NCBI RefSeq assembly: GCF_964355755.1
Contig: NC_092676.1
Span: forward strand, 10,269,888-10,333,887
Direction: 5' to 3'
DNA: 64,000 bases
From: Antedon mediterranea
Lineage: Eukaryota; Animalia; Echinodermata
The notes under the pieces: generated by a model
Database searches by the model: none
Told to the model about the DNA's origin: nothing
Seen by the model: only the letters and a program-made list of their open reading frames with translations
Part shown: positions 38,248 through 48,589 of the stretch, one piece after another
How positions within the stretch are numbered: position 1 is the stretch's first letter
Layout of the letters: each line of letters starts with the position of its first letter
Program-made: the position numbers and the translations under genes

Positions 38248-39856
38248 GGGCCTGTTTCTGCTGCATAAAAAATAACCGGTTAAAATCGGTGTGAATAAAT
38301 TAAAATCGGTGTGAATAAATGAACTCCATTTTCTTGGCAGCAGAAACAGGAAAAATTTGTGGTAACCGGTTAAAAGGCAGCGCAAAATCACCGGTTAAAA
38401 ACACCAATTTAAATCGGTGTTAGAACGCCGTTTAGCTGGTTATCGCTGAGCAATTCTTAGCTGCAACACGAAATAACGGTTATTTGATTGACAGTTGTGA
38501 CCCCGGTTCAGATACCGTCGCGTACGATGTGTGTTTTCCTCGTGGTTTTGACAGTCGAACAATGAAGTGAACATGTATGTGGATGAATGAAATCACAAGA
38601 TATGTTATTCAGTTGTGGGGGGAAGAGAAAGTACGGGGAAGGATGGCAGGCAATAGAAAAGATTCACAGATATATAAGAGCATTTTTGCGAAAGTAAAAG
38701 AGGAATTCGGGGTGGAGTTCTGGGGGAGAACGGAGACTACCGAAGCTAAAAAATTTGAGGCGTTAATACACACTCGCGAAGGGTATGGTCCTATAAACAC
38801 CAAAACGGAAACAAAAGGGACTCGGAATTTTGCAAATACCTACCAAACGAGAATAGATAATGGTTAATTAATTATGAAAACCCAGATTTTATAGCAAAAA
38901 TCATCCGAATTTATGTTATAAATGATGAATTTAGTAACAAAAACTGAATCCAAACGAGCATATTTATGGCACGCCCTTAGTGCCTTTAATAGGAGAACAA
39001 TGAACAATCTTACTTTGATTGTTTTACATAATATAATTTTTTAGAAAAACATCACATCGACCGAAAACAGAGCCTTTGATAATATATTAAATATGATTTT
39101 ACTAAGCATAGAAATGTGTTATTATTTATGTTAGTACATAAATATACGAAATATGTTCAATACTCATTATTCTATTAAAGGCACTATGTGCGTGCGATAT
39201 TCTATGACTTTGATACTCTCGTTTGATTTAAGTTTTTTGTGGCTAAACTCATCGTTTTTAACATAAATTTGGACGATTTTTGCTATAAAAGTTGGGTTTT
39301 CATAATTAATTAAACAATTATCTACTCTCGTTTGGTAGGTATTGCAACATTCTGAGTCTCGTTTTTCTTTCCGTTTGGTGTTTTGTAGGACCGCGCTCGC
39401 GAAAGACAACAGTCGTTCACGTGGAAAGGGCCGTATGTCATCGCATTTGTTGAGGAATTAGACTAGATAAAAATTATCCTAGGCGATCGGGCACTGCACG
39501 ACCCTCCCCATGTTATTGAAGGCGCCATGAGAATTAATTTTATTAGCGATGGTAAGTAGGCTTTACAAAAAACAAACTTGTAGAACTGGACACAACATTT
39601 TTTTATTTTAACATGTTTAAGATGTTCGGCGATATACACACGTGTGTACTGACGACGTCGATGTGTAAACAAACAGCCAACTTCCTACTTCCGTCTGAGT
39701 GTATTGCATTTTGGGTAATGATGACGTTTTGCTCGACGACCACCCATAAATTTAACCGGTTATTTCGGAGCACAAATTGAGTAGAAACGCGGTCTTGTTA
39801 TTGTTATCTATTTTAAAATAACCGGTTAAATTGCGTTATGCAGCAGAAACAGACCC
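38248..39856. mobile_element. PIF/Harbinger-derived element carrying a Myb/SANT-like ORF remnant (38577-38760, +)
   Basis: GGGCCTGTTTCTGCTGCATAA ... TTATGCAGCAGAAACAGACCC; 3-bp TSD GAA/TAA (one mismatch); WMNEITRYVIQLWGEEKVR..RKDSQIYKSI resembles the Harbinger trihelix protein. Confidence 0.85.
38780..39400. repeat. Large imperfect palindrome (arms about 210 bp) inside the Harbinger element
   Basis: 38786-38985 is the reverse complement of 39172-39392 (e.g. ATACCTACCAAACGAG / CTCGTTTGGTAGGTAT). Confidence 0.85.
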
Positions 39857-41387
39857 TAAGTCAAATGAATTATTTAAAAGATGACCTTGCAATTCAGAGT
39901 TGTATACATCTAATTTATTTTTTATGCTTCTAATGTTCTGATAGTAGAGCTTAGGAGTGTTGTTGTTATTGTTTTGATTTTGATGACTGGACGTGGTAGA
40001 GCGTGTGGAATTCAAAACATGTTGGCCGATCGTTGGTCCGGAATTGACTTCGATGTCGCCACACTTGATAAGCGTAGGTTGAAAGTTGAGACACAAGATC
40101 TAGCTGAAAAGTATAGAACTCTGGCACCACTGTATTTGAGATGAGTAGTACCATTGTTCCTACAGCGTCTACAATCGAGTAGGCCGGCAATTTCAGGCTG
40201 AATGCCCAGCCATTGTTCATAACAAAGGTGGACATCGGTATTAATTGCTGTGTGCAGGTGTGTAGAGCAATGCACAGTGAGGCCTAGCAAGTTGTGAATG
40301 ATTAGAGGTAAATAATCGTCAAACTGCATAAACTTGCATCCGTTGATACATTGCACAGTGTTTATATTTGCTTCAGGATGATGTGCTGGTTTTTAAGATG
40401 TAATTATATCTTAAATGGCATATAATAAAACACAGAGAACGTAATGAGAACGACGTGTACTGGCCATAGCGGATTTATTTCTTGATAAGATGCAATCAAA
40501 GCACCATTTGGACGACAATAAACTGTAAAATAAATGTATGATAAACACGATCATACATATTAATTATTATTATCAGTCTGCATCACAAACATGTTTGTAT
40601 TGTTTATTTTTGTTCCTTTGACATTCAGTTAATAAACCTACATTCTTAATACAGTATAGTAGTCTATCCCATACTATCTTGAAAAGAAGCCCAGGGGGCT
40701 TTTGCAAACTGTACTAGAGGAAGGCTTCTTTTCTAGGTTTAAGCCCATGGGCTTCTTTTCGAGGTTTTACTGTATGCATTTTTTTATATAGATGTAATGG
40801 GATACAATGATTTCCCTATCTGATGATACCAAGGATGACAAAGTTTAGTATGGAATGAAGGAGTGGTCGAAAAAAATGGCACCTAACTTTTTTGAATTCA
40901 GCCAATAAAATCTATTTTGGCACAAATATCAAGCTGGAGCTAGTTTTCCTTACATATGTGACTGTACTATATTTATATAATTATAAAAAGCAATTATGGT
41001 TTATTAAAACAGACATTTTGGGTATACCAAAAGATTTATGGTGTCAAGATTTATGGTGTTAAAGTACTTGGAGTACTTAAAAGTAATTGACCAATCAAAA
41101 TCAAGATAGGAAAATTATGAACCATTCAACATAAACTATTAACAGCTAATAGAAGCCTGGAATAATATTTTAACAAAGAGATGAGTCTTCTTTCAACAAA
41201 AGAAGATTCATTTATATCTAAATTGTTATTCATAGTTCTAGTGTACACTTTTACCTGTGTAATGGAGTACCACAGTACCACAGCTCCAATCTAATTAAAT
41301 ATTCAAGGACTTATACCACACCTCATAAACATTGGTCAGAGGTAGGTAATCAAGGTCACTGGCTATCATGTATCAAGTATAAATCTA

Positions 41388-42726
41388 TAACAAGAGAGGA
41401 GTAGGCTTGCATATATCAAGAGAGGAGTACACTTGTGTATATCAAGAGAGGAGTACACTTGCATATATCCAGAGAGGAGTACACTTGCATATATCCAGAG
41501 AGGAGTACGCTTGCATATATCAAGAGAGGAGTACGCTTGCATATATCAAGAGAGGAGTACACTTGTATATATCAAGAGAGGAGTACACTTGTATATATCA
41601 AGAGAGGAGTACGCTTGCATACCGTATATTTCGGTGTATAAGTCGCACCTGTGTATAAGACGCACCCCCAACTGAGAGTAAAATATCGGTATTTTTTATA
41701 TCGTCGATGTATAAGACGCACCTTATATTTCATCAAAACAATGTTTTTTTAAATTGTAATCAATATTATTGTGATAATATATTTTGTTATATCTACAACG
41801 GCGTCCTTTATTTAGGTTTTTTCTTACCTAGGCTCGGCCGCGCCCAGCCTCAACAAGTTCTTTCTAACTTGTTATTCATGAGTTTCGCCGCAACATCGAG
41901 TGCATGACCGTGTGTGTAACACGCACGTGTGTGGGCTAGCCTCGCTCGATCATTTCGAGAGGGCGCATGTTTTCACGGACAATCGTATTCGATTAGTATC
42001 TATGTATCCGAGAAGTGTGTACGCTAGGTCCATGCTATAATCACCTGGAGAATATACTAGTCGAATACCGTACACTATGTGGCCACCAAAAGAAGGGCTT
42101 GCGCTTGGGGGGTACGGCGATCGTGCGTATAACTACTGTATAAATAAATACTATTCCAATCGTACGACGTAAACGTTTACAAATGAAATTTTATCGGAGC
42201 GCCATAATGAACAAATCTTTTCATCATATTTAGTATAACATCATGCTAAAATGACTTGAAAACTAGGCCTAGGCTAGGCAGAAGCAGGTTGCCGTTACGT
42301 TAGTTAGTTACTGTAGCTAGGCCTAGCCTACTCAGGCCTAGCAAACGAGGTGACGATAGCCTAGGCCTAGGCCTATGTACAATCTGTGTGGTGAGGCATT
42401 TATGTTCGGTGTATAAGACGCACCCTTAATTTGGAGGTCAAATTTGCGTGTCAAAAGTGCGACTTATACACCGAAATATACGGTATATCAAGAGAGGAGT
42501 ACGCTTGCATATCATATATCAAGAGAGGAGTACACTTGCATATATCAAGAGAGGAGTACACTTGTATATATCAAGAGAGGAGTACACTTGCATATATCAA
42601 GAGAGGAGTACACTTGTATATATCAAGAGAGGAGTACACTTGCATATATCAAGAGAGGAGTACACTTGTATATATCAAGAGAGGAGTACACTTGCATATA
42701 TCAAGAGAGGAGTACACTTGTATATA
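41388..42726. repeat. 26-bp minisatellite (ATATCAAGAGAGGAGTAC(A/G)CTTG(C/T)AT)n split by a MITE
   Basis: About 9 units on each side of 41622-42483. Confidence 0.95.
41622..42483. mobile_element. pogo/Tigger-like MITE with TA TSD
   Basis: TA|CCGTATATTTCGGTGTATAAGTCGCAC ... GTGCGACTTATACACCGAAATATACGG|TA (perfect 27-bp TIR). Confidence 0.95.
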
Positions 42727-43459
42727 ACATATTTAGTCTTTTCTTCTAATATAAAGATTATCAAATTCAGTTTAATAGTGATTTGACTGATAGTAAGTAG
42801 AACTTTTATTTACTATTTTATTTTATTAGGGTTGATTTACCGATTTAGGAATGGCTTGAAAATGATATTTAGTTTTCAAATTTGTTGTACCTGTAATTTA
42901 AATCAAGAAAGGTAATCAAGTAAAGATCCAGTCCCACTGTCATTTCTTTTCTTCAATTTTTCAAAGGGACTTGTATTGATTGATAATATAACAGAAGAGG
43001 GTTTACAGATCTCTGGGTCTGTTTCTAGTGAAAAATAAATAAAGAACGTTTTTTGGAAACCGGTTTCGGCAGTTGTTTGTAAAGATCGCATTGCAACTCA
43101 ATTTTTACTCCAAGAAAACCGGTTCCGTCCATGTCCGTTCGTTATGAATGATGCCATTATATACCCCAATTCAGTTCATTAGGCAGAAGCACAATTGGAT
43201 CGAGGTCATGTTTACTTTTTTTGCATAGCTCTATCCCAAGAATTGCATCCATTTTGTCATAGAAGGGACAGGTAATTCTGTCATTATTACCTGAAACTAT
43301 TCATTCTATTGTGGTCCCTCCGATATTGTCAAGTTGAACTCGTCTAGCTTTCGCACTTTCTTTCTTTCTAACTCCAAATAATTGTCCTTCTGTATGGATA
43401 CTAGGTTTTTGATTCCCTTAATTCAACTCGCCTTTTCTTTTCACCATTGGCCCGTCGTC

Positions 43460-43930
43460 TTCTTACCTCACAGCGGAGCTTAAAGTCATCATTTCTTTCC
43501 CGTGTTGTCTTGTCTGGAGAAATAAAGACCTTTTCCCATCCTTTAAGTTTATTCATTTTGTTGGCCTCCCTCAAAATCTTTGGACAGTGACAATCAGGAT
43601 ACCACTACTGGACCCTCATCATGTTTTATCCTGTACACATTCTCAATAGAGCCCCAACACATTATGGACAATATGGTCTACAAGTTCTACTTCTGTTAAG
43701 ACTTTACCCCCATACTTCCTTAATTCAATTTCTCTGGTTAACCCCCTAAATACTAACTTATTAGCTTTTCTTTCTTTTTGGATGGCTTCATCTTCATCGC
43801 TAATTAGTTTATTTAATTTCTCGTAGTCGACTTGCTCGCTACTACTGTTATTAGTTAATTTCATATTATCAATTTCACTAGATAATAAATCAACCTTGGA
43901 CTCCAGTTTCTCACAATGTTTTTGGACATA
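43460..43930 (-). pseudogene. LINE (CR1/L2-group) ORF1-like remnant
   Basis: Coiled-coil EKLESKVDLLSSEIDNMK followed by QKERKANKLVFRGL, like the ER..N++..G+ motif of CR1/L2 ORF1. Confidence 0.5.
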
Positions 43931-43944
43931 CCACAGCCATGAAA

Positions 43945-45003
43945 TTCTACTACTGTAATTTTTTAGATCATTGCTATTTAACTTTTTGAGATAATTGTTA
44001 CAGAAAAAGTGTACAGAAAGAAGAATAACAACAAAGAAAACAACTAGACATGAAACTCGTCACTTTGACGAGTTAGTTATCCGCACGACAAACGCCACGT
44101 GCACGTCATACGTTGGACACAGAAAAAGATTATGGCATATTGACATGAACTGAAGAGTATAATATGTTGTTAGTGCTAAATGCTGTATATTTTGTGTCAT
44201 ATACTATTTACAGTATACATAGTATAATCTGTATACATATTAATACAGTGTAGGATAGGCGAAATTACGGGTCCCGTCATTTATTCCAATTTTTAACATG
44301 GCGACGGTATCAAAATGAAACACTATAATATAGCAATTTCGGAGGGAAATTATCTCAGCAACAACATATTAACGTGTAGAAGAAATCACGCGAAAAATAT
44401 ATGTTTTTAATGCTACGTGCGCACTGCACACGTAAAAATTTGCGCACGCGTGGGAATTTTTTACATGCTTAAAATGACATGAAATGCGTAGAAAGTTGAT
44501 TAGAAATTAATTTTGCGCATTTTGAAATTTTAAATGCGCGTGCGCGCGTAACTTTGTGTAAAACACGCAACTTTTTTTCAACAGAAAGTTAGCGCCTGAT
44601 ATAAATTAAACTTTTGCAAAGTTTAAATTTAAATTGTTTATGGTTTTCGATTTATGTTAAATACGCGAAATTCATAAAAACGCGCGTAAGTCATGTTGCG
44701 CAACACTGACGTCATTCAAAAATAGGAGGTGCACAACTTCACGTAAATATCCATATGTTGACAAAGTTATGAAATGTTATGTTTACCCATTTTAGAGATA
44801 CGCTCTGCACAAAAAGTGAGGGAGAAAGACTGAAGAATAATGCCAAATAAAAAGACACAGGACAGTTACAAGGAGTTATCCGCTGAATGCGGATAACTAA
44901 TAATACAAAAAAAAAAAAAATTTATCCACTACAATCACACGAACTAATAAAGATTTTGTACAATAACAATAGGTGATCATTTTATTCTAAATGATCACCT
45001 AAT
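43945..45003 (-). mobile_element. Second copy of element X with an element-Y relative nested at 44042-44900
   Basis: 44971-45003 is the exact reverse complement of 20001-20033, and 44042-44074 of 20467-20499; inner 5' hairpin AGTTATCCGC-TGAAT-GCGGATAACT at 44874-44898. Confidence 0.7.
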
Positions 45004-45079
45004 TATTAATTTTCTTGTTGGTCCATGATTCTGTGATGGCTATAGTATCAGATAGAACAATCAATAGAACATAGTCCTT

Positions 45080-46660
45080 CTCATCTTCCGACACAATATC
45101 GTCCTCTGTTCCATCAAATGCATACTATGCAGCATTTTTTAAATGATTTATTTATGATTTCAGGCTTGTCTGACCATGCTATCCATTGGCATACAATAGG
45201 CAATGGTGCAACGCGCGTATTTCCTGCTGGTGTAAATGTTTTTGGTCCATTTGCCATTCAGTCTTTCCATTTTTTTCTCATATTGTCTTTGAATGGTACT
45301 TGTTGTACTAACATCCAAAGCCTGAACCATGGATGTCAGACCTCCTGGAATAACCCAATATCGGTATGCCCACTCAAGTTTTCTTGACGATTGGTTTTAA
45401 TTTTGTACCATTGGCCATGCATGCGAATACAACTGCTGTTTTTAAACCTTTCACTGCGTATACCCGGTACTACCGGGTATAAACAGACGTCATTGAAATA
45501 CGTATACCCGGTAATACCGGGTATGGGCAAAACAATGATTTAATCGTATTTGCCTATAATATATAGCACCCTCTGTATTTTTTTGATGAACTTGAATATT
45601 TTTGCAAGTCATTAAAATTTTTTTCCAGGAAAAAAAACGGCCCTCTATAGTTATATTATATATAGTATAGTACACTGTATATATAATAGTATTTCTATCT
45701 TGGAAAGTTGTTTTGAGTAGCGTAATGGTGGCCATTTTGAAAGTAACACAAATTTACCAGCCCCAATAGGGCAACATGGTGTTTATCACAACACGCAAAA
45801 AAAAAATTTCTGAAACAATAGTTAGTTTTTGTTCTATAGTGAATTTTTTGAAAATGTCATTATTTTCACGATTTTGCCCCAAAACTTTGATTTGTGCATA
45901 ATTTTTATAAAACAATAAAAATAATTCAATTTTTTTAAATATTTTTGTATTTGTTATACGTATGTTCATCAATATCCAGTTGGAAAAACGTATTCCATAA
46001 GAATGTCTTATAGAAAATATAGTTTTTATCATCGATTCAACAAAAAACATGAAATCCAAAATACCTGTAATGACGTCACATGACGTCATCAATATGCAAA
46101 TTACTTTTTTTTTTATACCTAACTGTAGACTAACCCTTTGCCGATTACACACCACAAAAATAATTACACAATTATCTCAATTAGTATTTTTTTTAAATTA
46201 ATTAAAATATCATGTTTTTCCTAAATATATATTACGCACAGAGGTGGGAATAATGCTCCGCAGTGAAAGGGTTAATGGCCAGTTGTTTTGAACATAATCG
46301 TTTTTCCCCTTCCTACTGACTTTCCGATTTCCGGTAATGTCAAAGTACTAGAGCGTTTCGTCCAAGTCAAATAATATTCCGTTGAAATTTGACGTAATTT
46401 TTTTCTTCCATGTCTTTTAGAAGTTGTGCCATTTTTGTTTTTTGGTGCACGCATAAATTGTGTCTGCACATAAACATTGTACACCAACTGGGGTTTGCCA
46501 TGAAGTTCACGGATTGTGCACGATGGGTTTGTGACCACTTTTATCAATGCTCTGGTGAAAGACAAGCCCGTTTATCAATTACCCACTGGTTTAGGTATTC
46601 TTCAATTTCAGGCACATGCTTTTCTCATTAATTGTAAAAATGTCGATGAATTGAATTGAA
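45080..46660 (-). pseudogene. pogo-family transposase remnant interrupted by a piggyBac-like MITE
   Basis: PEIEEYLNQWVIDKR..FMANPSWCTMFMCRHNL..KTKMAQ..DLDETL..FKTTGH [insert] ..PFKDNMRKKWKD..FTPAG..KSF.KCCI..DGTEDD. Confidence 0.8.
45446..46271. mobile_element. piggyBac-like non-autonomous element with TTAA TSD
   Basis: TTAA|ACCTTTCACTGCG ... CGCAGTGAAAGGG|TTAA; subterminal palindromes ATACCCGGTA.TACCGGGTAT x2. Confidence 0.85.
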
Positions 46661-47062
46661 ATACGTATACTACTTGATTTTGGATACTCCGTCTGGGGAA
46701 ACACGCACAAGTCACGTGGTTTGACACCAAGAATTCTTGGTGCATACGATTATCCGGTTGACTAGTTTCAGCTGCATGCGATTGGCTACTCTCTCGTACA
46801 CCGTTTAAATATTCATATTTAAGAATTTCAAAGACTCAACAACTAAGATGATGCGCATGCGCTATGTTACATTTAGACAATGTGTAGGCCTACTTGGGTA
46901 CATTTATGAAAGTTCTGAAGGCTAGAAATTATTTTATATGCCTAGTAGTCTGGTAAACATTTGATGGGATCTTTGAAACATGAAAACTCGTCTTGATATA
47001 TGATAGGCTAGCTTCTCCGCAAATCAAACATTGAATGGATCATTTATTACGCGGAGATAATT

Positions 47063-47974
47063 GGCGCTAGTTCCGTTTCGCACCTGTTTTTATTTCGACT
47101 TCCTTTTGACTCCAAATTGTTAAGCAACTTATTGTGAATACCACACCTTAAAATTGGGCCTCACAAGTACTTTTGTGAAGAAAAATCACATAAAAAGTAA
47201 CAAATAAATCCTTAAATTGATGATTTTACAGACATGTTTCTCGCATACCGTTCGCCGCCGCGAATTTAGCATACTCGAAGTTCAATATTTTCGTTTCTAT
47301 GGAGCGCCAAAAGAGCAACAACAATAGATGGTTAAAACCTCAGTGGAATGCGTCTTCTTTTAATGCATTTATTATTGAAATACACGTTTAATTTTAATAC
47401 ATTTTGTCAATAAAAATGCTGTAACATTTTACTGCTAATAATTTGCTGTTTTCAAATAGCAACCAACCCTAGGCCTAAGAGAAAGACTAAGAGGCATAGT
47501 ATTTAGATTAAGGTATACCCCTACACTACACTTCACTACAGTACATGTAATATGATGATGAATTTGTCGATTTTCATTCATTCAAAAGCTCCTGCAAAAA
47601 CCATGTACAGTATCAACAGTAATATTTTTGTTGCATTGACATTGACAAAATATGATAAAATTGAACGTAATTTTCACCAATAAATGCATTAAATATACGA
47701 AATTTACTGAGTTTTTAGCCCTCTATTATGATTGCTCTTTTGGCGCTCCATAGAAACAACAACATTGAACATGGAGTATGCGAAATTCACGAACCGATGT
47801 GCGAGAAACACGTCTGTAAATTCATCAATTTAAAGGATTCATTTTTTACTTTTTGTGTGATCTCCTTCGTAAAAGTATTTTTGAGGCCTAATTCTAAGGT
47901 GTGGTACTCACGATAAAGTTACTTAACCAATTTTGAGTCGAAATAAACGACAGGTGCGAAACGGAACTAGCGCC
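47063..47974. mobile_element. Foldback MITE with GG termini and 8-bp TSD (Merlin- or MULE-like)
   Basis: AGATAATT|GGCGCTAGTTCCGTTTCGCACCTG ... CAGGTGCGAAACGGAACTAGCGCC|AGATAATT; inverted similarity extends about 300 bp. Confidence 0.92.
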
Positions 47975-48589
47975 AGATAATTTTGATTTAATTCCCACCC
48001 AGACCCTGTCCTGTTCTGTGTGGTGGTGTAGCCCTGTTGTGTGCCGATGGTATGTAGGCCTACTTCATTGGCGTTTTATTTGGCAGGTCATACGTGCGAG
48101 TTGAGTAGGACCTACGAAAGAGGCCTAGGCCAAGGACTAAACAATTAATAAACAAAACAACTTGGCATTACTATTTTATATTTCAACAGTCTCGATCGTA
48201 CATTAAGCACTGGTAGGCCTACGTACTCGATCTCTTTCATTTTGAAACAAAATGATCATTGGTTGATTCGAAATCCATATTTACATACCGCCCGCCCCAT
48301 ATAGCCAAATACGGTATGATAACCTACGTCATTCTTATCGGAGGTTTGCGGTCTGCAAATCGATTTCTATACGTGTTTCACAAGTCTGTATTTTCAAACA
48401 AAAATCGCGGTCGAAATAAAAACAAATAAAAAAAAAAAAAAGATAATACAGACTTGGGGCAAGTCTAACTTCCAGCATGCAGTGGTCACTAGCTAGGCTA
48501 GGCCTAAATTAATCTACAGCAGTAGGCCAGGCTAGCCTACCTAGCTAGTGTGAGGCCTAGCTGTGAGACCTAACTAGAAAAGTATATGC

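Larger units (their letters stand above)
38010..40400 (-). pseudogene. CR1-group LINE ORF2 5' part (AP endonuclease), split by a Harbinger-like element
   Basis: LIKCGDIEVNSGP..LYYQNIRSIKNK..FDL [insertion] ICFSETWL..GFTIHRKDR..RGGG..VLIGVVYR. Confidence 0.85.
34688..40772. mobile_element. pogo/Tigger-like element with nested insertions
   Basis: TA|CTGTAAAACCTGGAAAAGAGG ... GGGCTTCTTTTCGAGGTTTTACTG|TA with GGGCTTCTTTT subterminal repeats at both ends. Confidence 0.75.
34110..40940. mobile_element. Foldback-type element with long inverted arms, interrupted by 34688-40772
   Basis: CCAGCTCGATATTTGTGCCAAAATAGATTTT..AAAGTTAGGTGCCATTTTTTT..ACCACTCCTTC (34111-34212) is inverted at 40857-40937; termini and TSD not resolved. 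Confidence 0.7.

Noticed and set aside
41407-42786. Repetitive ORFs (YIKRGVHL...)
   Set aside because: Translation of the 26-bp satellite
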